DNA of 64,000 nucleotides from Octopus sinensis (lineage: Eukaryota): NCBI RefSeq assembly GCF_006345805.1, contig NC_043000.1, positions 138,198,001-138,262,000 on the forward strand. Reading direction: 5' to 3'. How positions within the stretch are numbered: the first letter of the stretch is position 1; every line of letters begins with the position of its first letter. A model generated the notes under the pieces. That model saw only the letters and a list, made by a program, of their open reading frames with translations, searched no databases and had not been told where the DNA came from. Made by a program: the position numbers and the translations under genes. Positions 1 through 11,584 of the stretch are shown in pieces.

Positions 1-160
1 TAAAATTTCATAAGTTTCCATAGAACAAAGTTGACAACCATCCCTACTATTTCTATAAGGTTGCGCCCTTCTAACAATAATTTGATTGATCCAAAAGCAA
101 TTCAATTTAAATTTTAATTGTAATTTGAATTGAAGATATAGCCACGAAACGTAATTATAT

Positions 161-573
161 CTCTTTACTCTTTTACTCTTTTACTTGTTTCAGTCATTTG
201 ACTGCGGCCATGCTGGAGCACTGCCTTTAGTCGAGCAAATCGACCCCGGGACTTATTCTTTGTAAGCCCAGTACTTATTCTATCGGTCTCTTTTGCCGAA
301 CCGCTAAGTGACAGGGATGTAAACACACCAGCATTGGTTGTCAAGCAATGCTAGAGGGACAAACACAGACACACATACACACACACATACATATATATAT
401 ACATATATGCGACAGGCTTCTTTCAGTTTCCATCTGCCAAATCCATTCACAGGGCTTTGGTTGGCCCGAGGCTATAGCAGAAGACACTTGCCCAAGATGC
501 CACGCAGTGGGACTGAACCCGGAACCATGTGGTTGGTTAGCAAGCTACTTACCACACAGCCACTCCTGCGCCT
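161..573 (-). mobile_element. SINE family A (tRNA-like head, CORE-like ACCTTGGGCAAG box, internal CA/TA tract, GTAAAAGA tail)
   Basis: Minus-strand head GGCGCAGGAGTGGCTGTGTGG (A-box-like) and GGTTCAGTCCC (B-box-like). About 21 copies in the window. Confidence 0.9.
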
Positions 574-959
574 ATATACTGTTTATTTATTCTTCTTCTT
601 CTTCTTCTTCTTCTTATTATTATTATTATTATTATTATGTACTTCTTGTGATCTAGGTAAATGTTTTATCATATTTTTTATTTTTTCTATATGATATGAT
701 TTACGTCTATCATTGTTTGAATTGAATTGTGCGGATATAGAAATTAATGTAAGGATAAGAAAATTAGACAGATCAATATATAAAGTGTATTAAATACATA
801 AAATACAACTGAAGATAGCACTGTATTTAAATTGAAGTAATGCTTGCACTGTTCAATTAAATGGAGCCACTTGAGGTGGATATATTGTACTAGTACTTGA
901 CATCCTGTTACTTATTTCGATTTTATATGTGCGTGTGTGTGTGTGTGTGTATGTATATA

Positions 960-1370
960 CTCTTACTCTTTGACATGTTTCAGTCATTTGACTGCGGCCA
1001 TGTTGGAGCACCGCCTTTAGTCGAGCAAATCGACCCCGGGACTTATTCTTTGTAAGCCCAGTACTTATTCTATCGGTCTCTTTTGCCGAACCGCTAAGTG
1101 ACGGGGACGTAAACACACCAGCATCGGTTGTCAAGCAATGCTAGGGGGATAAACACAGACACACAAACACATACACACACATACATATATATATATATAT
1201 ACATATATACGACAGGCTTCTTTCAGTTTCTGTCTACCAAATCCACTCACAAGGCATTGGTCGGCCTGGGGCTATAGCAGAAGACACTTGCCCAAGATGC
1301 CACACAGTGGGACTGAACCCGAAACCATGTGGTTGGTTAGCAAGCTACGTACCACACAGCCACTCCTGCA
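960..1370 (-). mobile_element. SINE-A
   Basis: Full-length match to 161-573. Confidence 0.9.
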
Positions 1371-1379
1371 ACTATATCT

Positions 1380-1613
1380 ATGTGTGCATGTCTTTGTCTC
1401 TGCATTTGTCCCCTGTCACCACTTGACAACTGTTGCTAGTGTGTTTATGTTCCCATAACTTAGCTGTTCAGCAAAAGAGCCCGATAGAAAAAAAATATTA
1501 GGCTTTTAAAAAGCAAAAACATCCCTGGGGTCAAATTGTCTGACTAAAAAACCCCTTCAAGACAGTGCTCCTGCATGGCCACAGTCAAACAACTGAAACA
1601 AGTAAAGACTAAA
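1380..1613 (+). mobile_element. SINE-A 3' half, diverged
   Basis: ...GTGCTCCTGCATGGCCACAGTCAAACAACTGAAACAAGTAAA tail. Confidence 0.75.
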
Positions 1614-1919
1614 TGAGAAAATATATAAGAGGATGTGGTGGGGAAGGAGGGTGTTGTGGACGAGCGAGTATCTGTGTTCATGTCAGTACTTTAAGTATAA
1701 TCAAACAATTGGATATTCAATTACTGAATCTCACTGTACCACATATATATATAGAGAGATATACTAAGATAAAATGGTTGATAGATACATAAATACTTTT
1801 ATATATATGCACATTAATATAAATACAAATATATATGAATCATGCCTATATCTACCTATCTATTTTTTAAATCTATCTATCTGTGTGAGTGTGTCTGTGT
1901 CTGTGTATAATATATACAT

Positions 1920-1957
<38 letters not shown>

Positions 1958-1958
1958 T

Positions 1959-2029
<71 letters not shown>

Positions 2030-2036
2030 ATATAAA

Positions 2037-2128
2037 GTTAATCCAAACATGAAGACATAAAGAGAAAACACAACAATGCGAGGACGTGGAACAAGTATAG
2101 TGTTATTGGACGCTCGGGAAAGTACATT
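2037..2128 (-). mobile_element. Short fragment of the same Penelope-like terminus, between (TA)n tracts
   Basis: Similar to 61362-61445 and stops before the hammerhead. Confidence 0.55.
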
Positions 2129-2160
<32 letters not shown>

Positions 2161-2729
2161 ATATGTATGTATATATATACATATATACACACATGCACAC
2201 ATGTACACACACACAAAAACACATATATATATATATTTACCCACACATGCTCACAAAATATTATGGTTATTTCCATATTAATTGCTTATTGATGTCATAC
2301 TTTCATGAATAAACAAAATAGAAATTCCACAATATTCGAGATCCATGCTCATATATGTTTTTTTTTTATTAATTTATAATAGAAATAACAAGTGCAGCAT
2401 CACTGATTCCTGGATTTGATGAAGTTACATAGATTTGTTTTAGATAAGGAAAAAAAAAAAAAATGACTCAAACAATACATGCCAACAACCATTATTTGAA
2501 AGAAGTCATTCCATCAACAATTACAGAAAATTATATTAAATACACAAAAATTATACAACCATGGAAATTATGATTAATCCATGCAAATTGCGTTTAATAT
2601 TTGTTGAAACTATTGGAATAACAAAACTGGATGGAAGTACTGTTTTGTAGGTTTGGAGCAAAGCTAAGATAAATATGAGATAGTGGATCAAAAGATTAGA
2701 TAATTCGATTAATCCATATAATACAATAA

Positions 2730-3075
2730 GTGTATATATGTGTTTGTGTGTGCATGCATGTGTGTGTGTGTGTAGGTATGCATACACAGACATATACATA
2801 CATACTTGCATATGTGTATCTGTATGCATGTATATACATGCATACATACATGCATACATACATACATATGTGTATACATACATACATACAGAGAGACATA
2901 CATACTTGCATGTGTTATGTGTGGGTGCGTGTGTCTGTAAATGTATGTGTGTGTATGTGATATATACATATATAAATGTATGTATGTATACTATATACAT
3001 ATAAAACACATACATGCACACACACATATTGCATATTTATACATACATGCATGCATACATACATACATACATACA

Positions 3076-3111
<36 letters not shown>

Positions 3112-3152
3112 TATGCATATATATGTGTGTTTGTATATACATATATACATAC

Positions 3153-3221
<69 letters not shown>

Positions 3222-3270
3222 TACATACATACATATATATGTGTGTTTGTATATACATATATACGTGTAT
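2730..3270. repeat. Compound (GT)/(CATA)/(TA) microsatellite
   Basis: Visible. Similar tracts at ~1890-2240 and ~10020-10380. Confidence 0.9.
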
Positions 3271-3531
3271 GTGGATTGCATGTTTGTTTTTGTTCTTTTT
3301 ATCCCTTCATATTTATAAATATTTTTCTATGTTACAATAGTTTGGACAAATATATAAAATATATATTACTGAAGAATTGATCTACAGTCGGATGCCCTTC
3401 CTAAATATGATTTTCTTCATTTCGCTTTTTACTGAGAAGACTTTGGGACAGGAGATTTATTCAATGGCAAGCCATGACAAATGGTACATCTTGCAGCACA
3501 ATGTTTTCATCCAATGATATATATATATATA

Positions 3532-3758
3532 TCTTTCTCTTTTCTCTTTTACTTGTTTCAGTCATTTGAATGTGGCCATGCTAGAGCACTGCCTTTAGTC
3601 GAGCAAATCGACCCCAGAACTTATTCTTTGTAAGCCCAGTACTTATTCTATCGGTCTCTTTTTTGCCAAACCGCTAACTGGCAGGGACGTAAACACACCA
3701 GCATCGGTTGTCAAGCAATGCTAGGAGGACAAACACAGACACACAAACATATACACGC

Positions 3759-3795
<37 letters not shown>

Positions 3796-3890
3796 TATGA
3801 CAGGCTTCTTTCAGTTTCCATCTACCAAATCCACTCACAAGGCATTGGTCGGCCCGGGTCTATAGCAGAAGACACTTGCCCAAGATGCCA
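3532..3890 (-). mobile_element. SINE-A, head truncated
   Basis: Match ends at CCAAGATGCCA. Confidence 0.9.
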
Positions 3891-3973
3891 TATATATATA
3901 TACATACAAAAATTATTGTAATTATAAACATAATTAAAATTAGGGCTTAGCAAAATTGCTTCACCACATACTG

Positions 3974-4317
3974 AAATTTAGAAATAGCAGTTAAATACTA
4001 TTCTACTACCATACACACACATACATTTAGAGACACCCACACCCACACATACACATATGCAATTATGTATGTCTCTATGTATGTATGTGTCAGTGTATGC
4101 ATGTATGCATGCATTCACACACATACACGCATGCATGCACACACACACACAAACACACATATACACTTATTATATTATATGGATTAATCAAATTATCTAA
4201 TCTTTTGATCCACTATCTCATATTTATCTCATATTTTCCGGTGTGAGTTGGGAGTATTGCTGTCTGGGGGATATCTTATGGTAGTAGAATAGTTTTTAAC
4301 TGCTATTTCTAAAATTT
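3974..4317. repeat. ~40-bp inverted arms (3974-4013, 4277-4317) enclosing an inverted copy of 2667-2960
   Basis: Arms differ by 1 mismatch and 1 indel. AGATAAATATGAGATAGTGGATCAAAAGATTAGATAATT at 2667 recurs as a reverse complement ending at 4229. Confidence 0.8.
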
Positions 4318-4323
4318 GGTATA

Positions 4324-4744
4324 CTCTTTACTCTTTACTTTTTTACTTGTTTCAGTCATTTGACTGCGGCCATGCTGGAGCACCGCCTTTGGTCGAGCAA
4401 ATCGACCCCGGGACTTATTCTTTGTAAGCCCAGTACTTATTCTATTGGTCTCTTTTTGCCGAACCGCTAAGTGACGGGGACGTAAACACACAAGCATCAG
4501 TTGTCAAGCAATGCTAGGGAGACAAACACAGACACACAAACACATACACACACATACATTTATATATATATATATACATATATACGACAGGCTTCTTTCA
4601 GTTTCCGTCTACCAAATCCACTCACAGGGCTCTGGTCGGCCCGGGGCTATAGCAGAAGACATTTGCCCAAGATGCCACACACTGGGACTGAACCCGGAAC
4701 CATGTGGTTGGTTAACAAGCTACTTACCACACAGCCACTCCTGC
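4324..4744 (-). mobile_element. SINE-A
   Basis: Full-length match. Confidence 0.9.
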
Positions 4745-5000
4745 TATTTTTAGCAACATATCATTCTATGCAGATGACATTCTCCCTCATCCCACTTCTA
4801 TACACAAATATTTTCTACATAAACCCAAATAGTTCTCTACCATGTTGCACTACCACCTAGAACAGAAAAGCTGAGGACATCCAGCAAAAGGGAATTGATA
4901 ATCAATTTACAAGTTAACAGCCCCAAGATATTACCATTTCTCATATCAATGAAACAATCCAACACCACCTCCTGGAACAATACAAGGTTATATCCTTTAG
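4745..5000 (+). mobile_element. Possible ancient non-LTR RT relic
   Basis: ISFYADDI at ~4757-4785 followed by heavily degraded sequence. Confidence 0.35.
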
Positions 5001-5711
5001 AATTACTATTTGGTCTTTTGGCTTCTGTCCTGTTCCTTCTTGACATCTGTACTCAGCTATAGACTTTATAATCACTACGAATATATGATTTCACAACCTC
5101 TGCAATAACATCTCAGCTGTATAGCTTCACTTAATTACAGACTTTATAATCACTATTAATATTTGATCTCGCATTTTCAGCTTCTCCCTAATAGCAACTA
5201 AACTGTCTGCCAAAAATGCCATGACTCAAAATACTTCAACTTTGATCAGATCTCACACTTCCCAAAGCTAAGTACAACTCACGTTTGAGTAATGGCCAAA
5301 ATTTGATCAGCATGCTTCCGCACACACATATACAGACACACTCACATGCATGTGCATGCACCTGACCACGTTTAAGAATGGTTGCCTAGCTGCGTTAGGA
5401 AGATTTATTAGTATACTTTAATCTGGAAACATTATTTCTTATCTCTACTGGAATCCCTAATGCAAATCCCTTTCTATCTTTATCTCTCCTCTTAATCTTC
5501 TCTTCAAACATAGCACTGAAAAACTTGCTCAATTCTTTCATCTCCCATATAATGGAGTTCTTTCGTAGTTGGCCCCTTTATCTTCTGGCATCAACATACA
5601 GAGGTTAACATGGAGCATCAACTACATTTTCACATCCCATACATACTCATGCACTTGTACACACACCTATATACATGTACATATGCATACATGTATGTAT
5701 GCACATATAAA

Positions 5712-6500
5712 CAGGGTGCATAAGATATTTGAGGACATGTATTTTTGGGGTCACTGCTGCATTTTTTGCTAACTCTGTATAATCTTTGCTTCAGAAAATA
5801 ATAAGGGCAGACCATCAGCTTACTCAAGAAATGAAGAGACATGCTGTTATTGTGGTTATAAAGGCTGGGCATAGTGATTTAGAAATATCTCGAATTTCAA
5901 AAGTTGTCAGATCTTTCGTCTACAAAGTTTGTAAGGAGCTAGAGACTGAAGATGGAAATGTATCACCAGTATCAAAGCATAAAAAGCACTCTAAACACTC
6001 TGAAATCATCAGAACACCTGAATTTATCCAGCAAGTTCAACAGACTATTCCATTGACTACAATCCTAGAAAGACCATAAGATCAACTGCAAAAGATCTCC
6101 ATGTGTCAGAAGTAACTGTCAGAAATGTTGTCCACGAAGACATCAGATATAAGTCTTATATGATGAAGAGGGGTCAGTTTGTTAGAAAAAGCAAAAGAAA
6201 ATCACATCAGATCTAAAAGGGTATTAAAGAAACTGAAAAATCCTGCAGAAGAAAATTTGATTTGGTTTTTCTCAAGAAAGAAAAACTTCAACCAAGATCA
6301 AAATGCTAACAGAAGAAATGACACATAGTTATGTGCAGACTGTTCTGAAGTTCCAAGTGTTATACATACAAAATTTCCTGCGACTGTCATGGTTTTAGGG
6401 GTTGTTAGCAGTGAAGGACATGTGATTCCTCCTTCCTTCTTTCCACAAGGCTCTAGAGTTAACTATGCTGCTTACATTGAGGTCCTTAAAATAATATTCT
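5712..6500 (+). mobile_element. Degenerate Tc1/mariner transposase fragment, DD37D/maT-like, 3'-truncated
   Basis: Starts CAGGGTG. Translation KRHAVIVVIKAGHSDLEIS...RTPEFIQQVQ, then HTKFPATVMVLGVVSSEGHVIPPSFFPQGSRVNYAAYIEVL, which resembles maT-type transposases. Stops and frameshifts present. Confidence 0.75.
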
Positions 6501-6674
6501 TGAAGGACTTTTCCATTCGGGGGAACAAAAAAAAACAGCGCAGGGAGCAAGATCAGGTTACTAGGAGTTGGAGTGGGGGTAAGCGGGTCATACGATTTTT
6601 AGTCACAAACTATCTCCACAGGTTAGGGCAATTCTGGCTCACCTCATCTCGCAAATGCTTCAGAACTGCCCAGT

Positions 6675-7310
6675 AAAATGTCTGGTTAACAGTTTGCCCT
6701 GGAGAGACAATACTGTGTGGACAACTCCTTTCACATCGATGTGACAAATCAGCATCTTCCTGACATTGGACTCCACTTGACACACTTTTAGGGGTATGGT
6801 GACATTCAGTGCTTCCATTGACTTGATTGCTGCTTCATTTCTGGATCATAGCTGTAGCTTTCATAACCAGTGATGACCTTCAGAAAGAGGTCTGGATCAA
6901 CTTCCAGCTGTCCTTTCAGTTCATGACACACATTCTTCTTTTGATCTTCCATGAGCAAATGAGGCACAAACTTTGCTGCAACTCTTTTCATTTGCCATTC
7001 CTCACTCAAAATTTGTTGGCTGGACCTCCAAGACAAACTGGTCATATCAACAATTTGCCCTCCAAGATCGGATCAGTTTATGAATTTTCATGATGTTTTC
7101 AATCGTTCAGGAGGTTGACCTGAACACGGTTGGTCTTCAAGCAACATGTAACCATTCCTAAAGTGCAAAAGCCACTTGTAAACCTGTGTTTTGCTCATAG
7201 CAGTGTCCTTGTAAGCTGTTTGAGGCATGACAACTGTTTTGGTCACCGTTTTCCTCGGTGCAAAACAGAATTTCATGGAAGCACCCTGTTCCTTCATTTC
7301 AGCCATTGCA
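6675..7310 (-). mobile_element. Degenerate mariner (DD34D-type) transposase fragment
   Basis: MKEQGASMKFCF...SKTQVYKWLLHFRNG...LEDQPCSGQP. RVAAKFVPHLL is WVPHEL-like. KVITGYESYSYDPEMKQQSSQWK covers the first catalytic Asp region. Confidence 0.85.
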
Positions 7311-7573
7311 AAAATGGACAAACAGGGGAGAAGCACTGCAAAACAAAGATACCCCATGTGGCAGTATGACAGTACCCAACAATACCGGTTGGCAGACTGA
7401 TGCCTGAGGGTTGCATCAAGTGGCTTCTAGCAGTGAGGGCCCAAACTACAATGGGCTTGTCCCACAGGGAATGTTTTGAGTTACTCACATGTGTGTGCGT
7501 GTCAGTGTGTGTGTGTGTGAGTGTATATATATATATAATTATATATATATGTATATTTTTTCCTGTTTAACTC

Positions 7574-7948
7574 ATGTTCATCCAGGCTCAGCAATTGCGT
7601 AGGAAGTCGGGGATAAGAAACAGGAAGAAAGAGTGAGAGAAAGTTGGAGTGAAAGAATACAACAGGGGTCACCACCACTCCCTGCCGGAGCCTCATGGAG
7701 CTTTAGATATTTTTTTCGCTCAGTAAACACACACAACCCCCAGTTTGGGAATCGAAACCGCGATCCTCCGACTGCGAGTCTGCTACCCTAACCACAGCCT
7801 GGATGAACATTCATCCATCTGTCGATGCTCTCAGTGTCGGAAGTTGACCTGCTTTCTCTTCTGCGGGTCTTACAAATAGCAAAGGACCATGTTTTGGACT
7901 TCTCCCACTACAGGACGAAGACTGCTTCGCTCAACAAACAAACAAATC
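7574..7948. mobile_element. SINE family D copy with inverted 5' part (minus 7574-7795, plus 7796-7948)
   Basis: tRNA-like head on the minus strand. The 15-bp AGCCTGGATGAACAT is duplicated in inverted orientation. (CAAA)n tail on the plus strand. Confidence 0.7.
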
Positions 7949-8039
7949 TGCAACAGCAATGACACCTGTTGCAGGTGAAGCTACATGACACAATGGAGAA
8001 GTGATGCCTCTCATGTGCTCTTTCATATTCTCTCTGGTG

Positions 8040-8290
8040 TCTCTCCTCAATGGCTGGAATTACAAGTTTCAGAATTCAGTAACATTCATTACACCTCAGG
8101 GCTCCCTCCTCCCAGGTGTCTGGGGAGATGCCAGAGTTCTTTATATGTCTCTTCAGCACATCCTTGTATTACAGCCTTTGACTACCACAGCTCTTCCTAC
8201 ACTGATGCAGTTCAACTTAGAAAGTTGCTTTTCTATACTTCCAAGTGCAACAGTAATGAGGTTATGAGGGCCTTCACACAAACTGCACCA
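8040..8290 (-). mobile_element. Possible R4/Dong-like (RLE-type LINE) ORF C-terminus relic
   Basis: Minus-strand frames give ITVALGSIEKQL, then KAVIQG and RTLASP. This resembles the C-terminal pattern ..GALG.I.K.L....QKA..LG...ILRR.L. Confidence 0.4.
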
Positions 8291-8478
8291 GTGCAGAGCA
8301 GGGCCTCTATATCATGAATGCAATCCTGTCATCTGATAGGCAAGATGAAGTACAAATGACAAAGTTGGACTAGGCATTCTGTGACATAGAAAAGGTAAGG
8401 AAGCCCTGCAGCACTATACACTTTTATCATCATGTTGCAGGCAATGTCATGGCAGCTCTGTAGGTATTTCTCAAGACA

Positions 8479-8712
8479 GGTGGCGAACTGGCAGAAACGT
8501 TAGCACACTGGGCGAAATGCGTAGCCGTATTTCATCTGCCGCTACGTTCTGAGTTCAAATTCCACCGAGGTCAACTTTGCCTTTCATCATTTAGGGGTCG
8601 ATAAATTAAGTACCAGTTATGCACTGGGATCGATGTAATCGACTTAATCCGTTTGTCTGTTCTTGTTTGTCCCCTCTATGTTTAGCCCCTTGTGGGTAGT
8701 AAACAAATAGGT
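8479..8712 (+). mobile_element. SINE family C (tRNA-like head TGGCAGAAACG...GAGTTCAAATTCC, central GACTTTGCCTTTCATCCTTTCGGGGTCGATAA domain)
   Basis: Repeated about 13 times in the window. Ends AAGAAATAGG. Confidence 0.85.
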
Positions 8713-8719
8713 ATTTTTC

Positions 8720-9135
8720 AAGACAGCTAAAAGTCTATTTAAAGACTATATTCAGCTCTCAGGTTTGAGGTGAGAAGTGTTAGTCCAAGTTACAGCATTG
8801 CTGAGATAGGAACTCTTCTTTGTGGTGTTTGTGGACTTTTCCAAGTCATTTGACATGGAGGGCTGAGAAACTCTTTAGAAATTGCTTGAGATGCATGGCT
8901 GCTCTGAGAAGCTTCTTAACATCATCGAGCAGTTTCACACAAGGATGAAAGGACAAGTTTCAGTTGGCAGAGGATTTAGTGAAGCGTTTGCAGTCAAATG
9001 TGGTGTGAAGCAGGAACACATACTTTCCCCTGCACTCTTGTCTCTCTACATTACAGTTGCGCTTGACACCATAAGGGTAAATATGCACAAGGAAGTTTTT
9101 GTCTGCACCAAAGCAGATGGGAAGCTCTTCAACAC
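8720..9135 (+). mobile_element. RTE/BovB-like RT internal fragment
   Basis: FVVFVDFSKSFD...HGCSEKLLNIIEQFHTRMKGQV...SEAFAVKCGVKQEHILSPALLSLY...TKADGKLFN. The tail matches the RTDGKLFN-type motif of BovB-like RTE. Confidence 0.75.
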
Positions 9136-9344
9136 ACACACACGAACACACACACAGATATTATACACCTATATATATGTACATATATACATGCACATAT
9201 TTTTCTATGTGAAAACTAGTACTAGTAAAAACTTACAGTATTTCATAAATGCATTATTTTGAAATAAATTATGAATTTAAGTATAAACACTTAATTTTTA
9301 TTTTGAGTATTTTCTTCATTTGAATTTAGCAGATAAATATTAAC

Positions 9345-9670
9345 TTATAAAACTGACACAAGACTACAACCCTCTCGAAGGCAGACTTCACAGACATGAT
9401 ACGCTTCCGTAGTGATCTTCATCTGGCACTCAGGCAGTGGCAAAAGATGGCAGGACACAGCAACACAGATCAATGCAGACTCTGTAAGGAGGAGGTGGAA
9501 TCTGCAGAACATCTCTGGCTGAGATGTCCATCCCTGATAGTGGAACGCTATATCCACCAACTAGGGGCTACAATGGATGAGATGATTCGTCTCCCTTCCG
9601 CGGCTCTAGCACTTCTGAGATTTATCCTCAGGTACTTGAGGTGACCAACAACAGCAATAACAACAACACC
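9345..9670 (+). mobile_element. 3' end of an I/Ingi/Nimb-group LINE with C-terminal CCHC finger and (CAA)n tail
   Basis: RFRSDLH...CRLCKEEVESAEHLWLRCP...LRFILRYLR* (C-x2-C-x8-H-x4-C), followed at once by CCAACAACAGCAATAACAACAAC. Confidence 0.7.
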
Positions 9671-10982
9671 ATGTGAAAGGTTTTGTAAATTATATCAGCA
9701 CCTGCACTTGATTGGCACTTTATTTTATTAACCTTTGAAGGATGAAATGCAAAACTGGATTCAGTGGAATATATGCTAAAATCAAAATCAAAAATAGAAG
9801 GAAATCAAATAAATATGGCAAATTATTTTGTCCAGTACTCTTACAATTCTGCAAATCCACCATCCTGTTCTGTAAAGTGTTTAGCGCTGGGTGCTTGAAG
9901 GGTGATATGTAGAATGGATAACTAAATATTAATGGGAATATTACTACTAATATACATGGAAACTGATTTATACACATGTATGCTAACATGCACATAAAAC
10001 TACGCACACTGGTATACATCTATGTGAGTGTGTATATGTGTGTATGTGGAGGGGTAAGCGTGTTTATATGCTGTGTATAACATAAATAAGGACACTGTAT
10101 GATAACACATTTATGTATCATATAATACATGCATACATAGATGAAGAAATACATGCATGCATAGATACACACACAGATGCATGCATGCGCACACATGCAT
10201 ATACATGTGTGTGCATGTATGTATATGTAGGTGTGGATGAATCTATTTGTTTCAACAGAAATGATATACATGCAAATAAAGCACACATATATATATACAT
10301 ACATATGTAATTATATATATATAAATAAAAATATATATATATATATTTGTACATATATATATATATATATATATATACACCCATATATCGTTGGTATTTT
10401 ATGTTTATCTTTCAATGTATAGAACTGTTTTCCATAAATTCTGGAAAATACCAACAGAATTATTATTAATACGACTTTTACGAATCAATAATGCTATTAT
10501 TACGAGAATTACTATTTTCACGATCACCATCATGATGTTCAAACCAATATATTCATGTTTTCTACATTGATAAACAACATATAAATTATGAATCTAATTA
10601 CAATACAATTCTCTAACTGACTGAATGCTTTACAATATTTTACTTCAAATCACTTTTCCAGTTTTTCTGTCTCCTTTATGTTTGGTTGACTCTTGTTTTA
10701 TGGATTTGGAAAATAACATTCTGATTTAATGCTCTCTTATTCCGCATCAATATCAGTTATCACTGATTATGCTCACAGACAAAAATGCTGCCCACCACAT
10801 AGCAAATCAAATGATAAGAAATCAGAAATTAGCAATGAAAATCCAAACTTAGGATCAAAAATTTATTTCAAAGAGAAGCTGAGTCAGACCACAAAGATTA
10901 TTCTTCTTCGGTTATCTTCGGTTTCGTTTTACAAACCGTATCATGTACTCGGCTTGCTAAGTTTTTACAGCAATAATATTGT

Positions 10983-11042
10983 CATGATATCGCGATCATC
11001 ATTTTTGTCATTGTTGTTGTCGTCATCATCATCACCTTCATT

Positions 11043-11086
<44 letters not shown>

Positions 11087-11216
11087 TATCACTATTATCA
11101 TTGTCATTGTCATTCTCCCCTTCCCATTCCCATCACCACCACCACCAGTCGTCATCGTCATCGTTGTCGTCATCATCATCACCATCATCATCCTCATCAT
11201 CACCTTCATCATCACC

Positions 11217-11256
<40 letters not shown>

Positions 11257-11551
11257 CTATTATCATTGTCATTGTCATTCTCCCCTTCCCATTCTCATCA
11301 CCACCACCAGTCGTCATCATCATCGTCGTCGTCATCATCATCACCATCATCATCTTCATCATCACCCTTATCATTATCGTCATTGTCATCAACGTAATCA
11401 TCATTGTTATCATCATCATCATAATCATCACTGTTATCATTGTCATTGTCATTCTCCCTTTCCCCTCCCTATCTCCCCCACCACCATCATCATCACCATC
11501 CTCATCATCACCCTCATCATTATCGTCATCATCATCAGCGTAATCATCGTT

Positions 11552-11583
<32 letters not shown>

Positions 11584-11584
11584 T
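10983..11584. repeat. Compound (ATC/GTC/ACC)n array with ~170-bp higher-order unit
   Basis: ATTGTCATTGTCATTCTCCC..TTCCC..C..CACCACCA recurs at ~11100, ~11265 and ~11440. Confidence 0.9.

Noticed and set aside
338-694. Recurrent MSSNARGTNTDT... and MLGRQTQTH... ORFs as a gene family
   Set aside because: Antisense translations of SINE-A, often with non-ATG starts.
1774-3380. Many YIYI/HTHT/CVCV ORFs (also ~10100-10420, 25660-26100, 36570-36910, 62540-62830)
   Set aside because: Translations of dinucleotide and tetranucleotide microsatellites that lack stops by construction.
8490-8515. GAAACGTT palindrome in SINE-C heads as a hammerhead helix III
   Set aside because: No upstream CUGANGA-like core. 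It overlaps the A-box region.
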